Shown in pieces: positions 20,943-32,642 of a stretch of DNA of 64,000 nucleotides. Positions within the stretch are counted from its first letter, which is position 1, and each line of letters begins with the position of its first letter. The notes beneath the pieces are model-generated. The model was not told the DNA's origin and made no database searches. It saw nothing but the letters and a program-made list of their open reading frames with translations. This stretch comes from an uncultured Chloroflexia bacterium (GTDB lineage Bacteria; Chloroflexota; Dehalococcoidia; SZUA-161), in assembly GCA_963827295.1 (NCBI GenBank), contig CAWHAI010000022.1, positions 2,324 to 66,323 of the forward strand, written 5' to 3'. Made by a program: the position numbers and the translations under genes.

Positions 20943-22333
20943 TCAGGCGTTTTTCCTGATAATCTCCCGTGCTGCTACTACACCCGAGGCGGCAGCCTGT
21001 ATCAAGCCGCGGCTGACCCCTGCGCCATCGCCTATGGCGAACAGGTTGGGTATCTCGGTCTCAAGGTTCTGGGTCAACTCGAGGCGCGACGAGTAGAACT
21101 TGACCTCGATGCCATAAAGAAGCGTGTCGGGAGAGGCTACGCCAGGAGCCAGGTTATCCATGGCGGTGAGCATCTCGTTGATTCCCTTCAAGAAGCGATA
21201 GGGCAGCACATAGCCGAGGTCGCCCGGGGTAGCGCTCTTCAGGGTGGGCTTAACTGTACCTTTCTCAATAGAGTTCACCGTGGAAATATGACCCTGCCCT
21301 CAGATCACCCCACCTCTGCATAATCACCCCACCGCTTATGATATTGGCCAAGCGAGCCAGATACCTCCCGTAGCCTATAGGCTCGCGGAAGGGCGGGGAG
21401 AAGGTAGCGCTGACCAAGAGGGCAAAGTTGGTGTTAGCTGTCTTACGATGAGCATAGCTATGACCATTCACCGTTATCACAGGTTCGAGGCCGCCGGTAG
21501 TCTCCATGGTTACCTCGCCCGAAGGGCACATGCAGAAGGTCCTGATTCGGTCACCGTAGGTAGGGGAATGGAACTCAAGCTTAATCTCGTAAAGGGCGTC
21601 AGTCACTTCCTCAAGCACCTTCATGGGCACCTCTACCCTGACCCCAACGTCAATAGGATTATTATGTAGAGTAAGTCCAAGCCTGGCAGCCTCTTTGAGC
21701 AACCAGTCAGCCCCTTCCCTGCCCGGGGCGATAATAAGGTAGCGGGATTCTATTCTCTGGCCGTCATCGGTCTGGATGCCTTTGATTCTGCCATTCTGTC
21801 TGATGATGAGAGATGGCGGCAGTGTCGGTTTGGCTCTCGATACGGTCAGCCAAGAACTTGTGCATGTCCTTCAGGACCTCACGGCAGCTCTCCGTGCCCA
21901 TATGGCGAATCGGCACTGGAATCAGCCTCATGCCAGCCTTCTCCGCTTTCCTCCCAAGTTGCTCCACCTCAACGCCAGCTCCATAGACCTCCTTCGATGC
22001 GCCGAACTTTAGGTAGATATCATCGACATAGTGAATTAGCTCGGCTGCCTTCTTCGCTCCCAGATACGCTTCAAGCTGGCCACCTACCTGCGGAGACAAC
22101 GTCAGCTTGCCATCACTGAACGCCCCGGCACCCCCCCATCCGCTGACCAGGTCACAGGGCGAGCAGGGCGGACAGCTTCGATTTTTACCGATGATGGGGC
22201 ATCTGCGGAGATTGAGGTCTCTTCCCTTCTCCAGGAGCAAAATACTTAGCTTGGTTGACTGGCTCAATTCCAAAGCGGCGAATATGCCTGCAGGGCCACC
22301 GCCGACGATGATCGCATCGTATTTACTTTGCAT
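20943..22333 (-). CDS. FAD-dependent oxidoreductase, COG2509-like (frame breaks ~21813 and ~21293)
   Basis: YDAIIVGGGPAGIFAA dinucleotide fold. APGREGADWL...NPIDVGVRVE sits in the middle piece. The C-terminal piece carries LFAIGDGAGVSRGLIQAAASG. Confidence 0.8.
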
Positions 22334-22501
22334 CTCTTTTACCCAAAGCTTGATTGTATATCTCTATCTATACCTTGTCAAAAGATGCTCGCCGAGGCAG
22401 TTAAAAACCTTTTTGCAGATATCCGACCGTTAAGAGTTAATAGCTATCGTCAAATTGACTTCTCGCTCGGCAGGGTGATAGAATTGAGTTGGAGGAAGGG
22501 G

Positions 22502-22735
22502 ATGCCAATTTACGAATATTGTTGCCCCAAATGCGGGCTTAAGTTTGAGCTGCTTCGTCCCATGAGCAAAGCCAACGAAGATGCGCCCTGCCCTACCTGT
22601 AAAAACGGGGCGAAGCGAGCGGTGTCCTCGTTCTCAGCCTTCACTAAGAGTTCGAGCGGGGCCTCAGCTTCTGTAGCCGGAGCTGGCGGTGGCTGCAGCG
22701 GCTGTACCTCCCCGAGTTGCTCTAGCTGCCACTAG
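22502..22735 (+). CDS. FmdB-family zinc-ribbon protein with Ser/Gly/Cys tail
   Basis: MPIYEYCCPKCG...CPTCKNG...SSSGASASVAGAGGGCSGCTSPSCSSCH. GGAGGAAGGGG RBS. Confidence 0.75.
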   Translation: MPIYEYCCPKCGLKFELLRPMSKANEDAPCPTCKNGAKRAVSSFSAFTKSSSGASASVAGAGGGCSGCTSPSCSSCH

Positions 22736-23420
22736 AGTTTGACGGGGGTGGCACTGGTTCAGTCCCAGACTTACTTCTAAGCCTCAAGTAACCCCAGGCG
22801 AGCCCGCCGATAATTATCGCTTCCAGGATGATTGCTCCTCCCACGAACAGGGCGGCATCGTTGAAGAAACCCTCGGGGAACATCGCCAGCAGTTTATCGC
22901 CAGGGTACAGTTGCCACAGGTCGTTGCGGAAGCTGACCAAGTGAAAAAGCAAAAAGAACTGGTCGAAGTCGACGAGCGCTATGATACCCAGGACTGCCAG
23001 AATAGCAATAGTGGTCAAGCTACCCCAGATAAGCCGCCTTGCAAGCTGTCGCCAGAAAGCGCCGCGCAGAAGGAGGAAGTTGAAGCCGATATATAGGGCG
23101 ATGTAAGCCAGCGAAACAAATTGAAGGCGATACGCCAACTGAATCAGCCCCTTGACGTCCTTCAGATGCTGTATGTCGCGCTGGTTGTAAACGCTAATGT
23201 CAACGAATTCTTCGTCTGAGTTGAAATAGGTGATCAGCTTGTGGGCGATTTCGGTGAGATTTCCCTTATCCAACCCCGTGTCCTCGCTGACGTGATATTT
23301 ATTGAAGCCGTACTCATAGAGTCGAACGTCATTGACTGCGAACCTTAAATCGGTGGTGATGAGCAATAGTGGGACGCAGATGACGAAAAGGATGACGTTT
23401 ATCGCTGCCAGCGCTTTCAC
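22722..23420 (-). CDS. TIGR01906/DUF1461-like integral membrane protein
   Basis: 232 aa. An N-terminal TM helix, then RLYEYGFNKY...ITYFN, then 3-4 C-terminal TM helices. Confidence 0.65.
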   Translation of the reverse strand: MKALAAINVILFVICVPLLLITTDLRFAVNDVRLYEYGFNKYHVSEDTGLDKGNLTEIAHKLITYFNSDEEFVDISVYNQRDIQHLKDVKGLIQLAYRLQFVSLAYIALYIGFNFLLLRGAFWRQLARRLIWGSLTTIAILAVLGIIALVDFDQFFLLFHLVSFRNDLWQLYPGDKLLAMFPEGFFNDAALFVGGAIILEAIIIGGLAWGYLRLRSKSGTEPVPPPSNSSGS

Positions 23421-23514
23421 TTAATCTCTCAACCCCGCTCAGGATATGGTAGTCGAGTACCTTCTTTCTTGTCAATGAGAGATGGTGGCTATATAATGAC
23501 TTGAGGGAGACAAC

Positions 23515-24578
23515 ATGACTAAGAACGATTTATATACGAGTCTGGCGGAGAGACATGGCTACAAGGATTCACTCCGCTACCGGTGCATTCTGGAATACTT
23601 GATGACCCCAAAGCAGGCTGAGCTCGTGATCCTTATGCCCATGAAGTACGATGAGTTGGCGAAGAAACTCAATATGAGTGCATCAGCGGTAAAGGAGGAG
23701 GTTGAACGCCTATATCGCAAAGGGGTCATCTTCGCCAGAGGCCCGGAAAACCTAGAGGAATCCAGCTTCGCCCTCGCCGTGGTGCAGCTCCATGACATAA
23801 CCATGTGCTCCTTCGACTGCGACGATGTTCGCGATAAGAAGCTCTTCGAGCTTTGGGACGATTTCTGTGTCAATGAGTGGGACCCTGACCAGGTTGCTGA
23901 CTGGATAAAGAGGGAGCAGCCCCAGGGAAGGATTGTCCCAGCCTATAAAGCTATCCCCAACAGTCCTGAGACACTGCCCTGCGAGGATATGCGGCAGATA
24001 ATAAATTCGGCGCGCTCGATAGCCGTCTCCTATTGCACCTGCCGCAGGCGAAAGGGAGCCATTGGCAAAAAGTGCAATAAGTCCCATGCCATGGTCGATA
24101 TCCAGTTCAATGTCTCCGCTGAGTACCTAATTAGCCGCAATGCTGGGAAGAGACTTAGCCGCGAAGAGGCTTTGGCCCTGATAGACCAGTGTGAGGGAAT
24201 CGGGCTGATTCACACCTGCGAGAACTCCACACGCATGAGGCCCCGTTGGGGTATGTGCAACTGCTGCACCGACTGCTGTATGATTTACGAGCCTATCAAC
24301 AGATTCCAGGCATCGGTGACCAAGTGCATCGCTAAAAGCAGGTACGAAGCCCAGCTTACGATGGTGAACTTTGCACCGGCTGCGAGATATGCGTGGACTG
24401 GTGCCCCTTCGGTGCTATAAAGATGACAAAGCCAAAAGGATTAAAGGAAGAGAAGGCCTTCGTAGATACCGAAAAGTGCATGGGCTGTGGCATTTGCGTG
24501 CTCAAGTGCGATTACCAGGCGTTGAGCCTGAAACTGGTGAGGCCCCCGGAGCATATACCGCAAGCATTGCCAGTTTAA
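23515..24578 (+). CDS. uncharacterised Fe-S protein: N-terminal wHTH-like region, CNCCTDCC Cys cluster, C-terminal 2x[4Fe-4S] ferredoxin domain (frame break ~24358)
   Basis: CTCRRRKG, MCNCCTDCCM, then CTGCEICVDWCPFGAI and CMGCGICVLKC after the shift. Confidence 0.65.
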
Positions 24579-24587
24579 AAAAAGCTT

Positions 24588-25364
24588 ATGGAACAAGACC
24601 TTTCCAGTTTTGACACCCTGGAGAAAATCGTGGCCAAGCTCAGGGCGCCCGATGGCTGCCCCTGGGACCGTGCCCAGACCCACGCCTCCATAAAGCCCTA
24701 TCTCATCGAGGAGGCCTACGAGGTGCTCCAGGCCCTGGATGAGGAGAACACCGACAAGCTCTGCGAGGAGCTGGGCGACCTGCTGTTGCAGATTCTGCTG
24801 CACGCCCAAATAGCCAAGGAAGCCAAAGAATTCAGCATCCGTGACGTCGTCAAGGGCATCAGCACCAAGCTCATCCGCCGCCATCCCCATGTCTTCGGCA
24901 AGTCAAAGGCAGCGAACGCGGAGGAGGTAGCGCTGGAATGGGAGGAATTGAAACAGAATGAGCGCAAGAAGGATGATTCCCTGCTTTCCAGCGTGCCCAA
25001 GGGTTTGCCTTCGCTTAGCTATAGCCATTCCATACAGCGCAGGGCCGCAGGGGTAGGCTTCGACTGGAAGGAGTTCGAAGGGATACTAGACAAGCTGGTC
25101 GAGGAGCTAAGCGAGCTGAAGCGAGCGAACACTCAGCAGCAGAAAGTACACGAGTTCGGCGATATCCTGTTCGCTCTAGTGAATGCCGCTCGCTGGCAGG
25201 GGGTAGACCTTGAGGAAGCTCTACGCCTGGCTAATGAGCGGTTTTCTCGCCGCTTCCATTATATGGAAGAGTCCTGCCACAAGCATGGTAAGACCCTTCG
25301 CGACCTCTCCTTCGAGGAGCAGAATGCCCTGTGGGACGAAGCGAAGCGAAACCTGGACGATTGA
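24588..25364 (+). CDS. mazG: nucleoside triphosphate pyrophosphohydrolase MazG
   Basis: LRAPDGCPWDRAQTH...EEAYEV...ELGDLLLQ, plus a second EFGDILFALVN repeat. Confidence 0.9.
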   Translation: MEQDLSSFDTLEKIVAKLRAPDGCPWDRAQTHASIKPYLIEEAYEVLQALDEENTDKLCEELGDLLLQILLHAQIAKEAKEFSIRDVVKGISTKLIRRHPHVFGKSKAANAEEVALEWEELKQNERKKDDSLLSSVPKGLPSLSYSHSIQRRAAGVGFDWKEFEGILDKLVEELSELKRANTQQQKVHEFGDILFALVNAARWQGVDLEEALRLANERFSRRFHYMEESCHKHGKTLRDLSFEEQNALWDEAKRNLDD

Positions 25365-25384
25365 CTCCTGCAACGTTACCAGGC

Positions 25385-25699
25385 TCACACACCTTCAGCT
25401 ATAGAGCGGGGCGTGGTGGCAAATATCGAGACCTTGCTCTTAGCTTTCAAAAGCTTCTCTATCTGGTCCACAATCGCTGTCCGCTCCGGGTTTTTCTCCC
25501 AGGCTCTCCACTCACGCAAGCTTTCCCAGGTACTGATTGCCACATGCGTACCAGAGTGATCCACTGAGAATAGCGTTTCTCCGGATATGTACCCCTGCTG
25601 ACGGATTGCTTTTGACCTGAGTTCCTTCAACAGCTCTGCCACCTCCCCCTGGTTGTCGGGACTGACTGACCTCTCGATAATTATCTTTATAGCCATCAC
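25385..25699 (-). CDS. antibiotic-biosynthesis-monooxygenase (ABM) domain protein
   Basis: 104 aa ferredoxin-like fold pattern (GYISGETLF...ISTWESLREWRAW). Confidence 0.6.
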   Translation of the reverse strand: MMAIKIIIERSVSPDNQGEVAELLKELRSKAIRQQGYISGETLFSVDHSGTHVAISTWESLREWRAWEKNPERTAIVDQIEKLLKAKSKVSIFATTPRSIAEGV

Positions 25700-25918
25700 C
25701 GCCTCCTTCCTCGTTACACCTATGAGAGGTTATTTTTGTGAGTGCCCATGATAACACCTGATTCTGTGAATTGCAATATCCAGACAGTGGACATTCCTTT
25801 TTATGCAGGACTACCCCCAGATGGCAGAAGCTTCCGCTATATGCCTTGGGTGGGGCATGGGTCAAGATTTTGTCGGGGATTCGGGGTCTGAGGACTTACC
25901 TATAAAGCACTTACGAAA

Positions 25919-27255
25919 TTAATTACTCAGGGCACGCGGATTAACCCAACGACCTCGGCTTACCGGACTTCCATTACGACGCATCAGGCCGGGCTTTATG
26001 ACCATCCCTTTGGGAACAACTACTACCCCAGACTCTGATATTGTACAGCCTCTCCGCTTATCTGCCTCATGGTCATAGCCGATATAGGCACCAGCCTGGA
26101 TTCTGGATTCCTTGTCGACGATCGCTCGCCTTACCCTCGCCCCAGGCTCTATGCTAACGTCATCAAATATGATCGATCTCTCCACCAGAGCGTCCCTCTC
26201 AACAACCACGCCCGGAGACAGGATAGAACCCCAGACCGTACCGCCGCTAATGATACAGCCATCAGACACCAGAGAATCCGGCGTACTTCCTCCCAGGACA
26301 CACTTAGTCGGAGGGCGCGGCTTCTGATATGACCTGAATGGCCATTTCTCCCCGTAGAGATTAAAGAGCGGGTCCACACCTACAAGGTCCATGCTAGCTT
26401 CGTAGTAAGAGTCGATATCGCCCACATCCTTCCAGTAGGACAGAATCACGAGTTCTATCGACCAGGACTTTATTTCTTTTGCCTTCCTTCACTTCGATCA
26501 CGAAATCCTCTATCCTGTTCTCATTCTCGTAGTCGTAAACAAAGATTTTATACCCCTTACCCGTCATTCTGGGAATGACCTCTTTGCCGAAGTCGTCTTC
26601 CGTTCCTTGCAGGGCCTCTCTTAAAGCACTCATCTTAAAGATGTAGACACCCATTGATGCAAGAACATGGTCTGGCGAATCTGGAACCGTCTTTGGCTTA
26701 GCAGGCTTCTCCTCGAACTTGACTAATCTAAGATTTCGATCTACTGCCAATACCCCAAGTTTTGAGGCAGCTTGCTCTTTTTTCACCCTGATACCGGATA
26801 TGGTCAGACCCGCCTCCTTCCTCTTGTGGTAGGCCAGCATCTGACGGTAGTCCATCTTGTAAACATGATCACCGGAGAGAATCAGAATATTTTCAACTTC
26901 TCTTCTTGTAATCAGATCGAGGTTCTGCCGTACGGCATCGGCTGTACCACGGTACCAATCCGCGCCGAGCTTCTGCTGAGCTGGCACCGTGTATATATAT
27001 TCTCCTAACCCCGAGCTTGAAATACCCCAGCCCTCCTGGACATGGACATTCAATGACCCCGACCTGTACTGTGTGAGCACGAAAATCTTGCGCAAGCCCT
27101 GAGTTGATGCAATTACTCAACGCGAAATCGATTAGCCGGTATTTACCCCCGAATGGAAGGGCTGGCTTAGCTCGCTCCCTTGTCAAAGGTTGCAACCTCT
27201 CACCCGTGCCCCCAGCCATTACTATTGTTTGCAGCTTTTCCATTTCCACTACCAC
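25919..27255 (-). CDS. glgC: glucose-1-phosphate adenylyltransferase (frame breaks ~27094 and ~26450-26490)
   Basis: [50 protein letters not shown]...[24 protein letters not shown], and left-handed beta-helix repeats. Confidence 0.9.
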
Positions 27256-27572
27256 TTTGGGTGCGACAGCACCAGCTAAATCAACCCTCTGTCATGAAGA
27301 GATTATATCAAATTGAAATCCATATCACCAATTATGTATGAATAGTTGCCAGCGCAAGCATCTCCTTTCTAGATTCATGACAGAGATCTTTGGGATCCCC
27401 GCCTTAGTGCCCTCAGTCATTCAATTAAGAGATAGACAAGTGTTGAACAAGTATAAAGCACCCTTCAATATTCTTCGCAATTCAGATATACTAATACTTA
27501 AAGAATGCGATAATTGCTATGGAATCAATATCAGGCGATCTCGCTTCAAAATAACACGCAGAAACTACGGAT

Positions 27573-29067
27573 ATGGTTGAAGGTGTTTCCAAAACCCCGC
27601 CGCTGCATGTACTCATGGCCTCACCGGAGATTACTCCTCTAGCCAAGACCGGCGGTCTTGGCGATGTGCTAGGTTCTCTACCCAGAGCTCTCGAACGACT
27701 TGGACTTCGCCTCTCCCTTATCATGCCTGCGTACCGCTCCGTCCTTAATTCTGGGTTCCCCCTGGAGGATACGGGCATAGGCTTCCCCGTCCTGGTATCT
27801 CAATCGCATGGAAGAAGGAAGACTACTGAAGACAAAGACAGGAGGTGCTATCTCCATTTATCTCATCCGTGCCGACCAGTACTTCGACCGGGATAGCCTT
27901 TATGGTACGCCAGACGGGGACTATGCCGATAACGCCGAGCGGTTCGTATTCTTCGCCCGAGCCATTCTTGAAGTCTTAAAGTTGGATCCACCTGCGATTC
28001 TCCATGTACACGACTGGCAGTCGGCTCCCGCTGTAGCCTTTCTCAAGGCCCAACCTCATCTCTATCCAGAGCTTTCCTCTATGAAGACCATCTTGACAGT
28101 ACACAACCTAGGATACCAAGGCCTTTTTGATTATGTGGATTGGCATCTCCTAAACCTCGAAGAGCGTTTCTTCACTCCCCCTTATCTTGAGTTTCATGGG
28201 AGAATCAACTTTCTCAAAGGAGGTCTCGTCTTCGCTGACAAGATTACCACAGTGAGCCCCACTTATGCCCAAGAAATCAAGACTGCCGAGCAAGGCTTTG
28301 GGCTGGACGGGGTCTTCCGAAAGCGGGCGAAGGACTTAGTTGGTATTCTCAACGGGGCTGATTATGAAGTCTGGGATCCTGAGACCGATCCGTTGATCTA
28401 CCAAACATATGGTTCCGAGAATCTTTCGGGGAAGAGATTTTGCAAATCCGATCTACAAAAGGTTTTTCGCCTTCACATTGATCCCGATATTCCTCTCATT
28501 GGCATGGTCTCGCGCCTAACATCACAGAAGGGCTTTGACCTTTTGGAAGAGGCAATGGATGATTTGCTCTCTCGGGGGACTCAGTTCGTTCTCCTCGGGA
28601 CAGGAGACAGGCGCTACGAGCAAATTTTTAGCAAGATGCCTGAGCGATACCCCGGGCGAACTGCGGTACAAATTGACTTCGACGAGTCTCTGGCCCACAA
28701 GATTATTGCAGGATCAGATCTGCTACTCATGCCTTCCCGCTACGAGCCAAGCGGCCTTACTCAGCTATACAGTCTCCGATACGGTACTATTCCCATCGTG
28801 AGAGCCACGGGCGGCCTAAGAGACACTATCAGCGAGTTTGATCCGAAGACAGGGAAGGGGAACGGCTTTCTCTTCGTTCCCTACGAGGTTCCCGCGCTTT
28901 TACTTGCTTTGGATCGGGCTTTGAACTTGCTGCGTCAGAAGAAAGAGTGGTCAACGATAATGAAGAATGCAATGGCTGCCGATTTCTCCTGGGCTCGCTC
29001 CGCCCGATTGTATGCTGACCTTTATCAAGAGCTTGCGGAGCAACCTTCATTCAGAGACATAGCCTGA
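27573..29067 (+). CDS. glgA: glycogen synthase (frame break ~27800)
   Basis: EITPLAKTGGLGDV in the first piece. HVHDWQSA, TVSPTYAQE, SRLTSQKG and PSRYEPSGLTQLY in the second. Confidence 0.9.
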
Positions 29068-29887
29068 GCTTTGTGTTAAGTCCCTGCTTAGCAGACAGAC
29101 GATTAACTACAGAAGCAAGCCTTTCTGCGTACGCATCGCTGGCAGATGCATTAAACAGGATGCGGCGATAGTCTTCCACAAGGTGTGGGAAATGCTCCTG
29201 TAGAAGGCCCAGCAGCGATTTCCAAACCCCGAAGCGCAGGTTAAGTCGGTCTACGTAGAAATAGTCTGCGCCAACCTCTTTGACCACTCTAAGCAGCGAC
29301 AGGATACTCCCTTCGCTGTCAGAAAGATAGGGCAATAGCGGGCCCAGGAAAACGTATGTCTTAATACCTCTGCTCTTGCCTTCCTGCAATAGCACCAAGC
29401 GTTCTTCCGGCGGCGAGCTTCTGGGTTCGAAAAGCCTGGAGAGGTTCTCATCCAGCGTGGTGATAGTAGCGCCTAGTTCCACACTGTCCTTTGATTTCAA
29501 TAGGTCGAGGTCGCGTTGCGCTAAGGCGCTCTTGGTCAGAATCGTCACCGGAAAGCCCTTGCTGAGAAGTATCTCCAGACACTGCCTGGTCAAGCGGTAA
29601 TTCGCCTCCGCAGGCTGCCAGCCATCGCATACAGAGCTCATGAACACCCTGCCCACCTGTTTCCGCTTGACCTCACGTGTCAGAACGCCGGGGGCATTTA
29701 CCTTAATGTCTACGAAGCTTCCCCAAGTCTCTCCGGGGTGAGAGAATCTGGTGGCAAACCTGGCATAGCAATAGTGACATCCATGCTCACAGCCTGCATA
29801 ACAGTTGACAGCGTAGTCAGCAAGCCCTGACTTGTTGAGCACAGACTTGCACTCCACCTCAACGACTTTGCAGCCTTCCTCAGCCAA
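29051..29887 (-). CDS. radical SAM protein, SplB/'DNA repair photolyase' (COG1533)-like
   Basis: CEHGCHYCYA CxxxCxxC motif at residues ~33-42. 278 aa intact. Confidence 0.75.
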   Translation of the reverse strand: MAEEGCKVVEVECKSVLNKSGLADYAVNCYAGCEHGCHYCYARFATRFSHPGETWGSFVDIKVNAPGVLTREVKRKQVGRVFMSSVCDGWQPAEANYRLTRQCLEILLSKGFPVTILTKSALAQRDLDLLKSKDSVELGATITTLDENLSRLFEPRSSPPEERLVLLQEGKSRGIKTYVFLGPLLPYLSDSEGSILSLLRVVKEVGADYFYVDRLNLRFGVWKSLLGLLQEHFPHLVEDYRRILFNASASDAYAERLASVVNRLSAKQGLNTKLRLCL

Positions 29888-29912
29888 CTCCGTCTCCCTA
29901 TAAATAAAAAGG

Positions 29913-29987
29913 TCGGGGCGAGTGGATTTGAACCACCGACCTCAGCGTCCCGAACGCTGCGCGCTAACCAGGCTGCGCTACGCCCCG
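29913..29987 (-). tRNA. tRNA-Pro (anticodon CGG)
   Basis: CGGGGCG acceptor stem, TTCGGGA anticodon loop, GGTTCAAATCC T-arm. Confidence 0.88.
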
Positions 29988-30183
29988 AATGAGATTGATT
30001 ATAGCCTAATAGGCCCTATTTGGCAAAGACTAGGAGCGACCCAACGGCTCGTTCCTATTGACTGTGTGACGTGACTAAAGTCACATACGGAGATAGCAGT
30101 TTCATGTAGATTGTTCCTATATTGAATCTGGCTCTGGGATTTGGGCCAAAACGAAATAATAGCTAGAAAAGGAGGTGCTCAAA

Positions 30184-30363
30184 ATGATGGCCAAATTTAA
30201 ATGTAATGTCTGCGGGTATGTCTATCAGCCAGCGGTGGGAGACAAGAGAAACAAAGTCGATCCAGACACTCCATTTGAGGATCTCCCTGAAGAATGGAGA
30301 TGTCCCTCCTGCGGAGCGCGGCAGGAGAAGTTCCACAAGGATGAGCCAATTTGTAGCAGATAA
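30184..30363 (+). CDS. rubredoxin
   Basis: KCNVCGYVY...WRCPSCGA pair of CxxCG knuckles. AGGAGGTG RBS. Confidence 0.9.
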   Translation: MMAKFKCNVCGYVYQPAVGDKRNKVDPDTPFEDLPEEWRCPSCGARQEKFHKDEPICSR

Positions 30364-30491
30364 TTCTTGACCACATGGGAGTGGTATCCAGCGAAACATT
30401 GCTATAGGTGATTTACATGGCTCTTGCCATATGATAAAATGAAAGATGGTGAATTGTGTCTCTAATACCTAAAAGGTAAAAAGGAGTAAAG

Positions 30492-32448
30492 ATGGCCGAC
30501 AAAAAGAGCATAGACCCAGTAGTAGTCGAAATGCTGAAGAAGGCGGAAGCCGAGGGCGTTTCTACGGCTTTCAAACGTGCTGATGAAACCAAACCCTGTC
30601 CTATAGGACATGAAGGGAATTGCTGTAAACATTGCTTTATGGGGCCTTGCCGCCTGACGGGCAAGACAACGGTGGGCATCTGCGGTGCCACCAAGTCGAC
30701 CGTCTCGGCCAGGAACATGGCTCGTGGTGTCGCCGGTGGTGCGGCTGCCCACTCCGACCACGGTCGTGGTATGGCCATGACACTGCTGGCTGCTGCTACA
30801 GGCGAAGCGCCGGACTACTGTGTGAAGGATGTGAGGAAGCTGTATAGGGTGGCCGGTTACCTGGGTGTCCCTGTGGAGGGTCGGCAGATAAATGATGTTG
30901 CCATAGATGTGGCCAAGACTGCCCTGGGCGAGTTTGGCAAGCAAAACGGCGAATTGATTTATATAAACAGAGCTCCCCCCAAGCGTCAGGCAATTTGGCG
31001 CAAGCTGGGCGTTGTGCCCCGTGGCATTGACCGCGAAATTGTGGAGACCCTGCACCGCACCAGCATAGGTGTCGACCAGGATGCTGAGCATATCCTGGAT
31101 CATTCTGTACGGACTGCTCTGGCTGATGGCTGGGGCGGCTCCATGCTCAGCACCGACATCAGCGACATACTCTTCGGCACTCCCGGCCCGATAGCTGCGG
31201 GATCCAACTTCGGCGTGCTCCGAGAGGACGAGGTAAACGTCGTGATACATGGCCACGAGCCCACTCTTTCCGAGTTAATCGTGGCAGCAGCCAGCGACCC
31301 AGAGATTATCAATTACGCCAAGTCTAAGGGAGCCAAGGGTGTGAATTTGGCGGGTATCTGCTGCACTGCCAACGAAGTCCTGATGAGACAGGGCGTGCCT
31401 CTGCTGGGCAACTTCCTGTCTCAGGAGCTGTCTGTTCTCACCGGCGCAGTTGATGCGATGGTGGTGGATATCCAGTGCATCATGCAGGGTCTGGTTGAAG
31501 TCGCTAAGAACTACCATACCAAGATAATTACCACCTCACCCAAGGCAAGGATCGAGGGTGCGACCCACATCGAGTTCGAAGAGCATAAGGCTATGGAGAT
31601 CGCCAAGACAATCCTTCGCATGGCTATCGACAATTATCCCAAGCGGGGCAAGGTGCAATATCCCCGACATCCAGGACCACCTGGTCGCCGGCTTCTCCCA
31701 TGAGTATATTGCGTATATGTTGGGTGGAACCCTGCGCGAGTCCTTCCGTCCGCTGAACGATGCCATTATGGCCGGACGCATACGCGGCGCTGCGGGCGTG
31801 GTTGGCTGCAATAACCCCAGGGTGACCATGGATGACCCGCACCTTTACACTGTTCAAGAATTGATTAAGAACGATATACTTGTGGTTACCACAGGATGCA
31901 ACGCCATAGCCTGCGCCAAGGCGGGCCTGCTCACTCCTGAGGTCATGGAGCAGTGCGGGCCTGGGCTCAAGGAGATCTGCCAGACCATTGGTATCCCGCC
32001 GGTGCTGCATATGGGCTCCTGCGTGGATAATACCCGTATCCTGACCGTACTTACTCAGTCTGCCTGTGAAGGCGGCCTGGGAGAGGACATCAGCGACCTG
32101 CCTGTGGCAGGGTTCGCTCCGGAATGGATGTCGGAGAAGGCGCTCACCATCGGCACTTACTTTGTAGCTTCTGGCGTGACCACCTGGATGGGCGTTGGCT
32201 CACCGGTCGCTGGCAGCCCAGAGGTTGTGAAGTTAATCACCGAGGGATACCAGAAGAAGTTCGGAGCTGCCTGGTACTTCGAGCCCGACCACAAGAAGGC
32301 TGTGAAGGATGCCATAGCTCACATCGATGGTAAGAGGAAGGCGCTCAAGCTGGTGGAGTACGACCCCAAGAAGTTTGCCCAGAGCAAGACCTATCTGCCG
32401 GGCGATTACTTCCCTGCAGAGAAACACGGCGCTTACTCGTTGAAGTAA
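30492..32448 (+). CDS. cooS: anaerobic Ni,Fe carbon monoxide dehydrogenase catalytic subunit (frame break ~31652)
   Basis: CPIGHEGNCCKHCFMGPCR (B/D clusters). C-cluster ligand contexts IHGHEP, GICCTANE, DIQCIM, GCNNPR, TTGCNA and GSCVDN are all present. Confidence 0.9.
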
Positions 32449-32473
32449 GCATAGGCTTTGTAGAATGTAAAAA

Positions 32474-32502
32474 GGGCTCAGCCTGAAAGGCTGAGCCCTT
32501 TT
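32474..32502 (+). terminator. rho-independent terminator after cooS
   Basis: gggctcagcc-tgaaa-ggctgagccc followed by tttt. Confidence 0.85.
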
Positions 32503-32642
32503 CCTCATCCCAAATAACTTGTAGGGGCAAGTCTCCCAGTCTTCTTCTTGACAAATACCGCTTGCCATGTTAGAAATCAGCGCACAAGGGTCATGCTAAT
32601 TGCATTAGTCAGAATTAATCTGAGAGCAGGAAGGGGGACTAA

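Noticed and set aside
26440-26560. Apparent ~25-aa insertion in GlgC before the YWKDVG motif ([21 protein letters not shown]...)
   Set aside because: GlgC homologs vary in length at this loop (E. coli also has an insert there). The segment also spans an unresolved frame break, so its exact sequence is unreliable.
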